Origin: Tubulanus polymorphus
Taxonomy: Eukaryota; Animalia; Nemertea
Assembly: GCF_964204645.1 (NCBI RefSeq)
Contig: NC_134026.1
Span: 30,662,150-30,726,149, forward strand
Direction: 5' to 3'
DNA: 64,000 nt
Below are positions 39,679-53,299 of this stretch, one piece after another. The translations under genes were made by a program, and so were the position numbers. The notes beneath the pieces were generated by a model that was given only the letters and a program-made list of their open reading frames with translations, made no database searches and was not told the origin of the DNA. How positions within the stretch are numbered: position 1 is the stretch's first letter; the number at the start of each line of letters is the position of its first letter.

Positions 39679-40762
39679 AATCTTACTCTAGTTAATCAGT
39701 TAATTTCCCTTTTATACTGAGTAAATAGAACTGAATTTATAGAGTAAATAACAGTTAGTAACAACAGTTCTGTGTACGGTTTCAGACCCGGTCAGTTTAT
39801 CTAACACTCCTAGTGTTTGTAGTAGTCGACCGTGTTCCGTTAGAAACGGAAATTTCACAGCTATAAAACTGGAACTGTATCGTGCGCGCTAGAAGCGAGC
39901 GATCGCGTAGATTGCTCTATTAACTTCAGTCCCGCAGTTTTCTCAAATTTTCAGTTGGCTGAATCTAATTGTTTCCGTCATGGAACGTGAAATCACGATC
40001 TGCAAAATTGGTTTTCACGCAGGGAACAATACAATGTTGATAGCGACTGTAATAAGCCTTTATTTCGGACACTGAAGAAATTATGAATATTTATGATAAA
40101 TTAACATTAAAACGTTAGTTACAAAAAATTTAAAACCTATAAAGATATGCAGAGATCAGATACACGCTTAGTTTAAGAACTTCCCCCCGCGAGTTTGGGA
40201 TTTGTTCGAAGTATGAATTTCTAATCGACTATAGGAAGCAATGTTTCCATTTCAAACACTAAACAGACGATAAATTATGTAACCTTATTGTTTTTACATC
40301 AGCTACACTTAGCTTAGATAATGGAAAAATGAAAGTTTCCAGAAACAAGGAAAGAAATTCGGAAGTAGATTTTACGACAATGAAAACTGCATACGTCCCC
40401 GAGGAAGTACTTTAGGTTCTAGCAAACCACAGTCCAAACCTGAAGCTACTATTTACTTTACAATTTCCCCAGTCAGTGCTACTGTTTCCTGCTGGATATA
40501 ACCAGCACCATTAGTGTCCATTAGGACCACGGCTTTGTTCTCAAGCGTTTTTCTCGAGACACTCTGCAATGGATGGCGTCATATCGAAATGCTTTTAACA
40601 CTGCTTCAAAAGTAATACGACGCAACAAACATAGAGCTGAAGATCTACTAAATATTCTCAAGCGTTTACAACTATGGCATACAACTGTGATCCGAGTTCG
40701 AGCTCCCCCGAGACGGGATTTCTGAGGACTTTGTGCTCATTACCCCTAGGACTATGTTTTAA

Positions 40763-40856
40763 CTCCCTCGGTAGGGATTCGAACCTGATGGCATCGAGAC
40801 TCATCCACGGCGGCATAACCTCGCGATGCCATCAGTTGAAATCCCAGCTGAGGGAG
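40763..40856. mobile_element. Copy of the B-box foldback element
   Basis: ctccctcggtagggattcgaacctgatggcatcg ... cgatgccatcagttgaaatcccagctgagggag. Confidence 0.7.
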
Positions 40857-43800
40857 GATCACTTCCCCCAGGACTGTTCCGACTCAGAACCCTCAGCGCT
40901 TGGTTCCACGGCTCAATGAATAAGGGTCTGATTGACACGATAGGGTCATGCGTGTGTTCCCTATTATTTGCACCTGGCAATACACGTATAATATGTGTAT
41001 GAATTTTCTGTGTACGAGAACACGCACAGCCTCAAAACGCATTCGACATCAGACATTTGACTCTTCGACATCAGTCATTTGATACTCGCTAAAACCGATG
41101 ACTGACAATATTGCTGAAAGCATCGTGTATTCAAAATTAATTTTCATTTTCAGTAGGAAGTTCGTTTCTGTTGGGAGGGATATATCACGCCTGTGTTACG
41201 GGGTAATTCTTTTTAAAACTACTCTGCGCGCAGTTAGGGCCACGGGCATTTGGAAATCGCTTTCAACAGGTAAATGTATTAAACCATTGTGACGGATCGC
41301 TTCAGGTCGAGGCTCCCAGTTTATTTCCACTAATATATCATGGTAGAAACGCTTGAAGCAGCTGGCCAACAAGATGAAATAGTTTGCGCGCGATTGCGTT
41401 ACGGCAGCAGGTGGCAAAATGAATAATTTATATTCTTGAAATTCTATCGGATACACTATAGTACTGGTACCGTTATGAGGTTATTCTTTATTTTTCCTAC
41501 CGCTGACCAAGTTTAGGGCTAAGGAAAGTACAGCATCTCGACTCTTACTCATATTGATTGGTGACCTGCTGATAAGCGATGGTCTCTATGTGCAAATATG
41601 CTGTCCCTGGTTCGAGAAGCTGTAAATTCTTGAGCGACCAATCGAGAATCTGTTATAAATGGCCGCATGATGCAGTAATGACTATTTACTAGCAGAGGAA
41701 TGCCAGTGCATGAAGGGGGCCGGTACCCATAGACTGGGATCGCTGGTGAATGACTGCGGTTTGGTAGCCGCCGACAGGGGTCGCTTTTGATCAGCTGCAG
41801 GCTGGGGTCACATAGGTGTCGCTTTTGAACGGGCGCCAGGGGTCGCTAGTGACTGAAATACTACTCGTAGCCGCCGCCAAGGATCACTAGTCACTGAGAC
41901 GCGACTGGCAGCTGCCACCAGGGGTCACTGGTGACAGACTGGTAGTCGCAGTCAGAAAGGTCACAGACACGAGTAAATACCACGGATGTTCATTTTATTT
42001 GTTTAGATCAGTTAGCGCCGTATTCTATTCCACTTCGTGTCACTTACACGACAACTGCCGGAAATCAGGCTGTAATAAGAAAGTCTAACCATACAAACCG
42101 CACCTTCATTTTCCCCTACGTTCTCGACAAGCGAAAGCGTCTGTCCTGATATCCGGAATTTTCCGATAAAAAAAAAAATCAGCGATGTCTTTCGTTTATC
42201 GAGTTTGTATGTTTTAAACATACAAACATTATCAGCTGTAAATGAATCTATACGAGATAATTTGATCGGAACATGGACGAACGTACATATACACGATACA
42301 GTTCATAGTGTCCGTGATCAGAGCAAGATTCCAGATCTAGAGCTTTGTGAGTTCGAGTTAGTCAGCTGAAATTGCTTAATCTTCAATGATTATTTACTCC
42401 GAATCAAATTTGAATTCAGAGGGATCTAGTTCCACTGTTATGAATTAGAGTTAACTCTGAGTTCAGGACTCAGTTCCACATTCGTGAGTTAACTCAGTTC
42501 AAATCGGTTCATTTTCAATGTCATCAAGATAAAGTTAAAACTGGGCAATGGATGGAAATTTGACTTTTGGTACACATTAAAATATACTTTTGTCCAAAGC
42601 ATTGGTAAATGAGTCAATATAGAATGAAACTCAACCACGAATGATGAAAAATAGCCTCATTTTTAAATATTCATGGAGTTAAGAGCTCACAGGTGTCTAG
42701 CTATACGACACTGCACATATACCCTTTCATCACGTATGTCATGGTTTATAAAACGTTTGCTGGTTAATACAATGATGCCCCTTGTATGGTTGTATAATCC
42801 CACGAGTTATAAACTGGTTCCGGTACATCGGAAATTAACGTCGATTAACTGATATAAACTGACATTTTCTCTTAACGAAACCCGACACAAAATACTGACT
42901 GTTAAAACACACGGGATACTCTTGAGGAAGACACAGATACACGACTGTCAATCATGCGGCCATATTTGAAAAACAAGATTTATGTTACCATTGCCATCAT
43001 AAAAACATCGTGTAGTTTGCTATATCGAGATATTGGGCAATTAGTGAAATAATGTAATATCTTGAATTACAGACATCTGATTTTATATTTGATATATTCA
43101 AATATCATTTATATTTCCGATTCCAGAAAATGTATTTTACTATTTGATAATGATTCTAACTTTCTTCTTAAACGTCCCCAATCTTATTTCGATTTCAAAA
43201 AGACACACGTATTTTAGACCCATTGAATCTAACAGAGAGTCGACTGATAATCGTGCTGCATGGAGTGAACGGTGTGAAACCTGCAGATGTCGATATCAGA
43301 GTTTCCACTGAATGGTTAGACCATAACGTGTAGAGCACTCAACCGAATTACAGAACTGACTGCTGTAATTGGTCGTGTTGAAATGTTCTTCTCACTCGCC
43401 TTTTTGATACGATAACGTTGTCTGAAAAAGCCGAGCGCTTATATTTACTAAAGAATTCACGCTTTCAGTTGCGATTGATCAAAGAATATGAGACATGAAC
43501 AGTATCCAAAATCTCATACTAAAAATGAAAAAATAAGGGTCGGAAGCCATTGAGCTAAAGTTAATACCACTGAGTATTCCTGAAGATGACTATTAGTACA
43601 CTTCAAATAGACTCTTATTATATATAGATAGACTATGTTTTCTCGTTGTATGGGCGGGCAATTCCTATTTTAAGATCAAAAGGTTTATACCAACCGGTAC
43701 CGTAGTTTGTATCAGATCTTATTTAAGGTAACTAGTAGGTTGTAGTCGAAAGTTACATATATTATTAGCTAAAGGAAACTTTTTGGATTTTTCATTCTTT

Positions 43801-46800
43801 GTGTGTTGAGGTTTTACATTATCATCATAACACGAACTGTGAGTGTGATATGACACCACAGCTTTTAGAACCACGATTGAAAATATCATATACTTCAATA
43901 TCTTAATGGATAACGAGAATAAGTCGACGAGGACGAAATGACTGACGATATTCAGGTCATTATCGCATCCACTCTGGAAATAGAAGAAGCCTTAAAGACG
44001 ATGACAGCGCTCTCTCTCTCCAAGTCGTCGAGCTGGTCACTAGTGCATTCATTAATAAACTACCGGTATCCACCGTATCTGCTTGAAGTGATGACAGTTT
44101 ACCTCGAGTCGGTGACACCGACAAAATACCGGAGATATATATGAGTTGATATATATTTTGGTGAATTCCGGCCAATTGGCGTCATTACTTATCTAACGTC
44201 ACAAGATGTTTCGCTTGTAACTGACGGGTATACAACCGCCTTATAAGGTAATGCACGACGTCACAAGTATTGTTGTTCATTCGCGTCAAATTGGACAACA
44301 AAATTACAGTGAACTGTCACCTCTAACTAGCTCGTGACGTCCAGTATGACGAGTTGTGACATACTTCACTATTGACTCTAAAATATTCGAGTATAGATCA
44401 ATACTGTATGAGTGATCGAGGATAGGTCTATTTCTAGAATAAATATTCCGTTTCATTTCTTTATATTCTATAACACAATCCATGTAAAATCATTACTGCT
44501 TTAGCGTAGAACGTGTTTAAAAGGTTATTGCTATGTCAGAAATTGATGCATTTGGCACGTTTGTTGACCGCAAAACTATGTTCTTTGAGCGCATATCATA
44601 ATGTATTTAGAGCATGTTGAAGAGATGTCGAGCGGCTTCATACACAGCCGACAGTGTGAAGAAATGAGACACCAACAACGTCTCGGCTTACACCGCATAG
44701 TAAGCCCCTGAAGCTAGTCTGTTAAACTAATTAATTAATCAAATGAAAATGAACATTTAAAAAGCCGCGCAATGTAATTTTCTTGTCAAATACACTTCAA
44801 ATTATGAATGCGCGTTCGACGGAATATCGGGGAGTTTTAGTTCGCGTATAGGAAAAGGTCAAAATGTGCAAAATATCATATATCTCGTGGCCTAGTCTCT
44901 GAATTATGCTGACTGCGTCCGGGAATCAAACAGATATTTGTAAAGAGAGAAAATCAAACTGAAACTACTCTCATATCGATGTGGTTGATTGACATTTTTA
45001 CCACGTACCAAGCCAGCGTCTGATCCCGAGAGACTAGAAAAATTACCTTATTTTTTCCACACAAATCTTTGATCTTTTTTCTGAAGCGCATTATCGCAAT
45101 CATCTCGTTTTAAATGAATAAAACCGCATTTCTCCCGACTTCGCCCGCGCCGGAAGAGACGGCAGCGAAACACGACGAATCGTCTGTGAAATAATCAATT
45201 TCCTTGAAATTACATCAAAAAGACGAAAGTTCATAAAGTTAAATGTTGGGTTCGATTTCACGAATAAGAAGTTCAAACGTTTGGTTTACTTTGGTTCCTT
45301 AGTGTTTTCAACAATTCAAACTTAACCGTTTTAAGCTTAAACTTTTTTGTGAAACTGGGACTCGAGTTCTATTTCAAACAGTAAAGGAGACGAAGAATCG
45401 TGTTTGTTTTGTTGATTGGTTTGAAATTCGTTCGAAGTTGGAAACAGCGTGTGATTTGGGAAAATTGCTTCAAAACTCGGCTGAATCTAGGAAATCTGGA
45501 AGGACAGGGTCCAGAAGAAAAGGATGATCTCTGTCTTGACAAACGAGTAACCTCAGTGGGATAGCAGAATACTCTTTACATACATGATTCAAAATGATAG
45601 ATATTATCAGAATGTGTAGAAGGAGTGTGACCTTTTTAGAGACAGCATTTATTTTTTTTTCATTCGACAATACGTCAAATAGTCTGCTTCTAAAATTGGA
45701 AAGAGCACATCATCACCCGCGGTCGGGTATCAGATATTCTGAAAATAGAATTAATAATGGACGGAACTATTATTAGACTAATGGTGATCGCAGGTGGACG
45801 CCAACATCATCAAAACATACAATCGTGAAAACGAATTTCATTAATTTACCATCGAACATTGAAAACATGATATTTATCGCGTGGTGATGGATTTTGATTA
45901 TCATACGTGTAGTTTTTTACCAGCACGCCATGCGTATATAAAGTATAATCATAGACTTAGAATTCCTGTTTTATCATAAAGAGATGCTAGCTAAGTATTA
46001 CATGAAACTCTTCTCAAGCTCTCTTGAGAAATACTACATTGGGCTCTTCAACCGACGAACGAGAGAATAGCTTATGAGTATACGATGTATATGACTATAT
46101 GACTATATTCAGTACAAAGACAAAGTATGTAAATATCAATTTTGAGGGAAGGTCACAAAGACTGCTTTGAAATCGAGGGAACTAAGGCAGCGATATCCAT
46201 TCACAAATTGCAGTCCTTCGTCATAACGAATGTTGGCAGCCTCAAACGCTATTGTCGGATCTATCCATCGTCTATATGAAATGTCAAATAGAACGAACCT
46301 TAAGTCATATAAATTCTTTTAATTTGGCTAAAAGCTGACATGTAAAAATACCTTATGACGCGAGCGTCGTGGTGGCATAATCAACACACGTGAAGGATTA
46401 GAAGAGGTTACCTCATAACATTATATGATTGTGTGTCATAAACACGTTGATATCATTCCGGTTAAAGTCTTGAGGGTCAATGATAAACAACATTTTAAAT
46501 CCTTTTTCTGTTATATTTTGCATAGACACAAAAATGTTGTCAACATGTTTCGGCGACAACCCGTGATACCTGTATCAGATCAAAGTTGGAACTAAAAGTT
46601 GTTACTTGTTAGCCTTAATTCTGATTTTCTCCTGATGCTGGCAGTATGAGTTCTAGCCGCAACATGTTAACAACATTTTTGTATATACGTAAAATATAAC
46701 AAAAAAGGATCCAAAATATTCGCCTCGGGGTTTTGTTTATCATAAACATGTTGATGTTCCTCGCATGTTTCACCGTTTCAATGGAGGTAGTAAAACCCAT

Positions 46801-48174
46801 CGTTGAACTCAGTGTTCTCAATATTTGGCCGTTTTTCCTCTCGCCTAAGTCCTGGGCGTACAGCCGCATTTTATGTAATCAACAATTTCCATACAGGTAA
46901 TGAATGTAATACCAAAACGGGAGCAGATACGACGGTCTGTCGGTTGGTTGATTTGATTTTGTCGGCTATTCGTGTTGGAGATTCAATTAAGCCGCGGTTG
47001 ATGATAAGACTTTGTGCCGGGAAACTGATTCTTAGCATTCACCAAGCTCGTGCCGACTGACCGCCAGGGCAATTCTTGAACTAAACCAATCTAAACGGCT
47101 GTAAGGAATGTTTCGGGGATGATGAAATTCCGTGACCAATCGTGCCGAATGATAGTTCTATTACTCGCGTGCGGTCACTATTAATAATGTAGACTATAGG
47201 TTCCTACACTCCTTACTACAACAAGTCGAATCTATACTTTTACCTTTCATTGACACCTTTTACATCGAATTTATCCCATTCATAGAGCATTCATCAATCT
47301 GAGCTGAGATATGAATATCAAATCGTATCAGTGATATACCGTAGTATGAAACTACATTCTGAACATTCACATCAGCTACTTTATTATCATCAAACAGCCC
47401 ATCAAATCATTCTAGCAAATATGGCACCCTCTAGAAATCCCTCTTATAACATTCATCACGATGTTCCTATGTACACTGTTCTAAACATCAGAAGATGCCT
47501 CTGCTATTAAGTGCCCTTATGACGTCATTTGCCTCTATAAACCATACCAGAACGAAAAGATGACTGCCTACGTACATGAATTCCAAGATGACATCATCAA
47601 ATTCTCTGAAGTTTGTACCATTTCGCAACAGAGTCTGTTGACGAGTTGCTAATTGATTACAAATATATATGAACGGTTATTATTGTATTGGGAGTTTAAT
47701 TTTGATAACAGTTGATGAATTAGTTGACGTGTTCATGCCACATCAATACGCGTCTTTCTATCTAGTAATAAACCAATTAGCGACCGCACAAGTAATGACG
47801 CAAGTTGTCCGCAGAAAACAATAACAAGACGACTTTTCTACGAATCTGTCACCATCTACAACATGGCGTATACTAAATTATCTATCAAGATAAAATGCAA
47901 CAGATTTTTTCTCGTGTGCGTTCAATATCAGTCGATGAATAGTAAAAACGTACACACGTGTTCTATGTTAATGGCAACATTATTCTTTAAGTTGTCACGC
48001 CATCGCGCCGCGTATGAAACACGGTCTCAGCTTAGCTCGAAACTTGGAGTGATCAGTCAGACAGAACTCCAAGGTCGACTGCAGCTATTAAAATTCATCC
48101 TGTTGTTTATAACATGCATGGACGCGCCGTATATCCCGGGATCATCATCTAAACTCTAGTTCATATATGTCCTT

Positions 48175-48480
48175 GGTTGGTACGGGTAGGGGTGATGATA
48201 GTTGCCCATGGTTGGTACGGGTAGGGGTGGTGATAGTTGCCCATGGTTGGTACGGGTAGGGGTGATGATAGTTGCCGATGGTTGGTACGGGTAGGGGTGA
48301 TGATAGTTGCCGATGGTTGGTACGGGTAGGGGTGGTGATAGTTGCCCATGGTTGGTACGGGTAGGGGTGATGAAAGTTGCCCATGGTTGGTACGGGAAGG
48401 GGTGTTGATAGTTGCCCATGGTTGGTACGGGTAGGGGTGATGATAGTTGCCCATGGTTGGTACGGGTAGGGGTGATGATA
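48175..48480. repeat. 35-bp G-rich minisatellite, ~8.7 copies
   Basis: Unit ggttggtacgggtaggggtgatgatagttgcccat with few substitutions. Confidence 0.96.
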
Positions 48481-51400
48481 GCCATTGGTGAAAAACTGCG
48501 TGTTTGTTGTAACGAAAGTATCTGTGACAAAAAATGAGTCGCAAAAGTCTCCTTGGGTTAAAATCTCGTTCGACATGTCGTTCTCAATTCATATATTCAA
48601 GATGTTACTGGCAGAAATATTTTTGTAGAATTGTTTATTCACTGCAATGCCAGAAATTCGAAAGGGCACCTTCAGGGGGAGATTTCTTTTCGATCGCCAC
48701 TACATTCCGGAATACCACGACCTGGATCAACATCTGGACGGATCGTAATGATGTTTTAGGGATCGACATACGATTTCGGCATCGGGCTGAATAATGATCA
48801 AATATTGTACCCAGACTAACATCAACTCGGGTTTATTAGTTCACACGCACCACAATGGAAGTACCAATCTTGCGTCACATACTCATATTACAACATAAAG
48901 CTAGTCAGGTGACGAGGTAAATTCTAACCGTTAATTTATTCAAGCGTTTGAAACAGTACTGCACTATTTTGCAGTGTAATAACGACAGCGCTCTTTCGAC
49001 AGCTGGCCTGATTTTGTCTGTCTCTCTCTACGTACTAACACATAAATGTTCACGGCTCCTAACTAAACTTGTGGTCGCGGCTCGCGTGATAATTATCATT
49101 TTCTGGCAATATTTCTGGTGAACGCGAGTTGTTCTGTTAATCTGCCTATTACATCAAAGGAAGCGTGTAAATCTAGAATAGGATAAACTGATGATGATTA
49201 CTCGCCCGCTGTGCTGCACCGGGCGCTGCGCCTCTATTTGGGATCTTACTCTTTTCGTAAACGTGTACGAATTAGACCAACAACCAGTGGTCAATTATCA
49301 GGTAAACTAACTTTGACTTTAATGATAAAATCAATTAGTTCACTAAAAGAATAAAGATATTTTTCAGTCGTTTTACAAGATAAGGTTGTTATTTTCTAAT
49401 ATGAATACCACCAGTTGTTTAAAATAGGGTACAGACCTCTAGAAGGGACTATCAGTTTGTCGATGTTATAATAACGTGTACACGAGTGTGGTCGGGATGT
49501 AGGTAATATATATGAGTTGGCTGTTAATTTTTTATTTCGAAATTTCAGGAATGCCGATCAACTCGTCTACATATAATCCAAGCTGGTTCATTTAGTGTGT
49601 GTGGCTCTTTATTGTGTAGTTTTACATAAAAAACTATGATTGTCAATTGATTCACGCTGCAAACTCACTGTGTATATATGCTGGATGTATTGATGCATTT
49701 AAGTGATGAGGTTATTTGCTTTCAACAGCATGATGTATGATGAATATTTCACGATATTTTCGAGAGAATAAATCTAGGCACTTGATAGAATATGTTTCGA
49801 AAAAATTGGAACGGCTTTATTGAAAGGTAAAACTAATCGATTCAAACTTCCTTATTCCGATGGAAGTTCACGCATATATGACTCATTTCAAACTGCAGTT
49901 CTACTATTAAGTATCAAAACCCATGTATACAAATTAAAAAGATCGAAAACGAATCAAAATCAAAACAAAACACGATGTTTCGGACTGTAAAGAGAGGTCG
50001 AAACGTCGTGACTTCTAGATTTAGACTTAGATTTTGATAAATAGACTTGATTTTTAATCTTTTGAATTTATATATAGTTGATTTGTTAATCCTCTTGGTC
50101 TGGATGTACGGGAATATTCTACCATGAGAAAACGTATTATTTCTTACAAATGGCAGAGGGGTCATCGTTATTTGAGGACTATTTGTTTTGCACTTGTAAA
50201 ATGACTACCGCGATCCGAGTCTGTTCTTATTGACGGCGGTAAAGGATGACACATTTTATGTTGATTACGACTCAATTTACGGCGGAAACTCATAAATTTT
50301 ACTAGTGCTCTTAAATTGGATGGTAGCAACATGTGTCGATTTCTACTCGCAAAAGGAAGTTCGCAATTTTATTAACCCTATTTTATCGTGTATATTCTAG
50401 ACGAATTTAACCCCTATTTCATTTAGTACGAGTCGAAAAGTTCACCCTGAAGGTTTGTAAATTCGTCGTGTAGTTGACAGTCAATTATCTACAGCAAACA
50501 ATCTTTACTCGTCTTATTTTCTTTGATGGTTCATGATCGGTTGAATAAGTGCTGAATATCGTATAGAGAGCCGCTTACTGAACCCAAAAACAAACGCAAA
50601 ACTGATTGTCTATTTATTTCTTTAGAATAATCACGAATTCCTAGAATTTTTAGAGAATCTCATCAGATTCAGATTCTGATGATTTGTGATGGTACCGTCT
50701 TCGGTCCATCGTGTACCTCGAGGTGATTTGAGGTTGGTGCCTTATGGTAATTTTCCTTGTGTAATAGAAATCCATTGGGTTGAAATTGATTGCTCGTGAA
50801 TACTCAACCGTATCGCCATGAATAAAATCGAATTAAGTTTAACCTCTGAAGATACCCTATAAATTCAATTCATCCTGTTGGCACGCTAGAGACCTCTTTC
50901 GGCGCTTTAAACTTGTTAGATTAAACATGTCCGAAGGGAGCTTCCTTATCTTCTTTTTAATGAAGTCCTTTGCCATTCTAAAAAGAAAAGATAAAACTCG
51001 CTGGGTTCACGTAAACATAATTGATTACATTTAGATCAAACAGTTCTTGAATTCCCAACCACAATTGAAAAGGTCACAGCCACCAGAAATCATTCACTTC
51101 CTTTGACCGAGTTCTTTTCAGAATCAACAGTTTGAAAATTAGGACCATTCAGTACCATAGATCGAATAGTAGTCGAATTTTATTAGGCTACACTAGGGTA
51201 GAAATAAGTACATTTCTAATGTTCTCACTGGACCGATAGCTGTGGAACCTAGACACTAAATCTGTATGCTAAATGTTTCTCAAACTTCTACGATTTCAAT
51301 ATATCGATCTCGAAATAGAGGCGATTTTCCGCCTTATTTATTCGATTTTATTTCTACTTATGTGTTGTATCCTATACCATATACACAGTACCGGATACGA

Positions 51401-52297
51401 AATTGTGAAAACGGGAATCGAAGTATAGATATAGTTGGACGGTTGGACGAATTGACAAGATTTTAATATATTGATATATCTGATTCTTATTCATTTCTTC
51501 TTTGATTCATTACAGGGAGTAAAGCTAGCGAGAGTAGCTGAAGGCTGTGTATGGCGGTGACTCAAGAGGTTCTAACACTTCGACGTATGTCACCAAGAAC
51601 CATTGGATCGTTATTTCGGAAATGAGCTCCATGGAGCAGCAGCAGCACCAGCAGCAGCACCAGTTGGATCAGTTTTTCATCTACTTGATCACGATGCTGG
51701 TAAACTAGGAGCGTGTATAACTACATCACTGGAATATTAACAAGTCAACAATATTGGTCAAGTGCTGCATTTACCACTTGGATATTATCAAAAATACACA
51801 CACAAAGAAATTACGAAGAAAATAGATTTCATCAGCGGAGCATATCGAAAAGTTCTTTCTATGCCATCGGATATGAAACTAATTTATAAATAATGAAGAA
51901 GGTGCGGTGATGTCTTGTGATTAAGGACAAACGTCGACAACGTTATTAAATTTACTGCAATATCTTTATTGATTAAATCAGAATAGCCAAGACCTTCGAC
52001 TTGGGTTACTTCCGGTTCGTGCTATGTGTATATATAGTACTTATACGCATTATTCCCGTCGTAAATAGTTATTGAAATATTGGAAACAATTCGCTATCGA
52101 TGATTAGTATATATGCAGCGCAGGAATCACTTACTAGATTACACCATCTGTATTTACACAGTTTCTGTGCCGTGCTTTTGAAGGGAATCACAAATATGAA
52201 ATTTCGCCGAATAAATGCGGTTTGAGCTGTGAGGAAGACGCTATAGTTAAATCGCTGTTATACAATATAAAAAAGCGAAGGTTTTTCAACAAAAACA

Positions 52298-53299
52298 ATG
52301 TGTAATAACAGCGGACCGCCTTATGAATACGGTGTCGGGAGTCGCGTTATTCTCGGCATATTTTTACTGATTCTGATAGTATTGACGATACTCGGCAATC
52401 TCGTAGTTATAACGTCGGTTCTAATTTTCCGCAAACTACGCTCAGTGACTAATGCGTTTGTCGTATCTTTAGCGGTGGCTGATCTGTTAGTCGGTGTACT
52501 GGTGATGCCCTTTGACACGTATAGACAACTGAGTAACGCTGTTTGGGATCTCGGTAAAGGAATGTGCCTGGTGGCGACTAGTTTTGACGTCATGTTCACC
52601 ACCACATCGATCATTCATCTCTCATGTTTAGCCGTCGATCGATATTTAGCCATATGCCATTGTTTTATATACCACCAATACATGAATCAAAGGACGTCCA
52701 TTATTTTATTGTTTTTATGTTGGACGGTTCCTCTTCTCGTGTCGTTCATGCCGATTATGAACGAATGGCACGCGATTGGGATAGAGGGTCTGCAACTGCC
52801 GCATGATGTTCCGGCCTGTGTGTTTATAGTCAATAAACCGATGGCCATAATCGGCTCGTTAGTCGCGTTTTATGCGCCGACAATATTCATGTTCGTCTGT
52901 AACTATCGAATATTCCAAGCCGCAAAAAGACAAGCTCAACAAATCAGGAATCTAGAGGTGGCGACACCTAGCGAAATACACCATAACAAAAGCATGCGCC
53001 ACGAGACTAAAGCGGCGAAAACGTTAACTATCGTTATGGGCGCGTATTGTGTTTGTTGGTTTCCATTTTTTATCTGTAATATCATAGACCCTTTTATCAA
53101 TTACTGTATTCCGGCGCATGTATGGCTAGTAGCCGTATGGCTGGGTTACGTGAATTCAACTATAAATCCATTTCTGTACTACTTTTTCAACAGATCGTTT
53201 CGTAAAGCATTTATTCACTTGCTCTGTCTGGAGAGGTGTGCCCTGGTACGTGAGTTCGACGCTAACGGAAATACAACTCTTTCAACCGTGTCTGAATGA
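52298..53299 (+). CDS. Class A aminergic GPCR, serotonin 5-HT4 receptor-like (intronless CDS)
   Basis: 333 aa, 7 TM; GN, LAVADLLVG, TM3 Asp (SFDVMFTT), DRY, 'CVFIVNKP', 'ETKAAKTL', CWFPFF, 'NIIDPFI', 'WLGYVNSTINPFLY'. These segments closely resemble 5-HT4/TAAR-group receptors. Probable splice acceptor of the coding exon at about 51515. Confidence 0.9.
   Translation: MCNNSGPPYEYGVGSRVILGIFLLILIVLTILGNLVVITSVLIFRKLRSVTNAFVVSLAVADLLVGVLVMPFDTYRQLSNAVWDLGKGMCLVATSFDVMFTTTSIIHLSCLAVDRYLAICHCFIYHQYMNQRTSIILLFLCWTVPLLVSFMPIMNEWHAIGIEGLQLPHDVPACVFIVNKPMAIIGSLVAFYAPTIFMFVCNYRIFQAAKRQAQQIRNLEVATPSEIHHNKSMRHETKAAKTLTIVMGAYCVCWFPFFICNIIDPFINYCIPAHVWLVAVWLGYVNSTINPFLYYFFNRSFRKAFIHLLCLERCALVREFDANGNTTLSTVSE

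Noticed and set aside
39514-39720. Poly-Ile ORF resembling a TM peptide
   Set aside because: Translation of the (ATT)n microsatellite.
48145-48576. Three overlapping Pro/His/Thr-rich ORFs; possible CRISPR-like array
   Set aside because: These are translations of a 35-bp tandem minisatellite with no unique spacers, no cas genes and a eukaryotic context.
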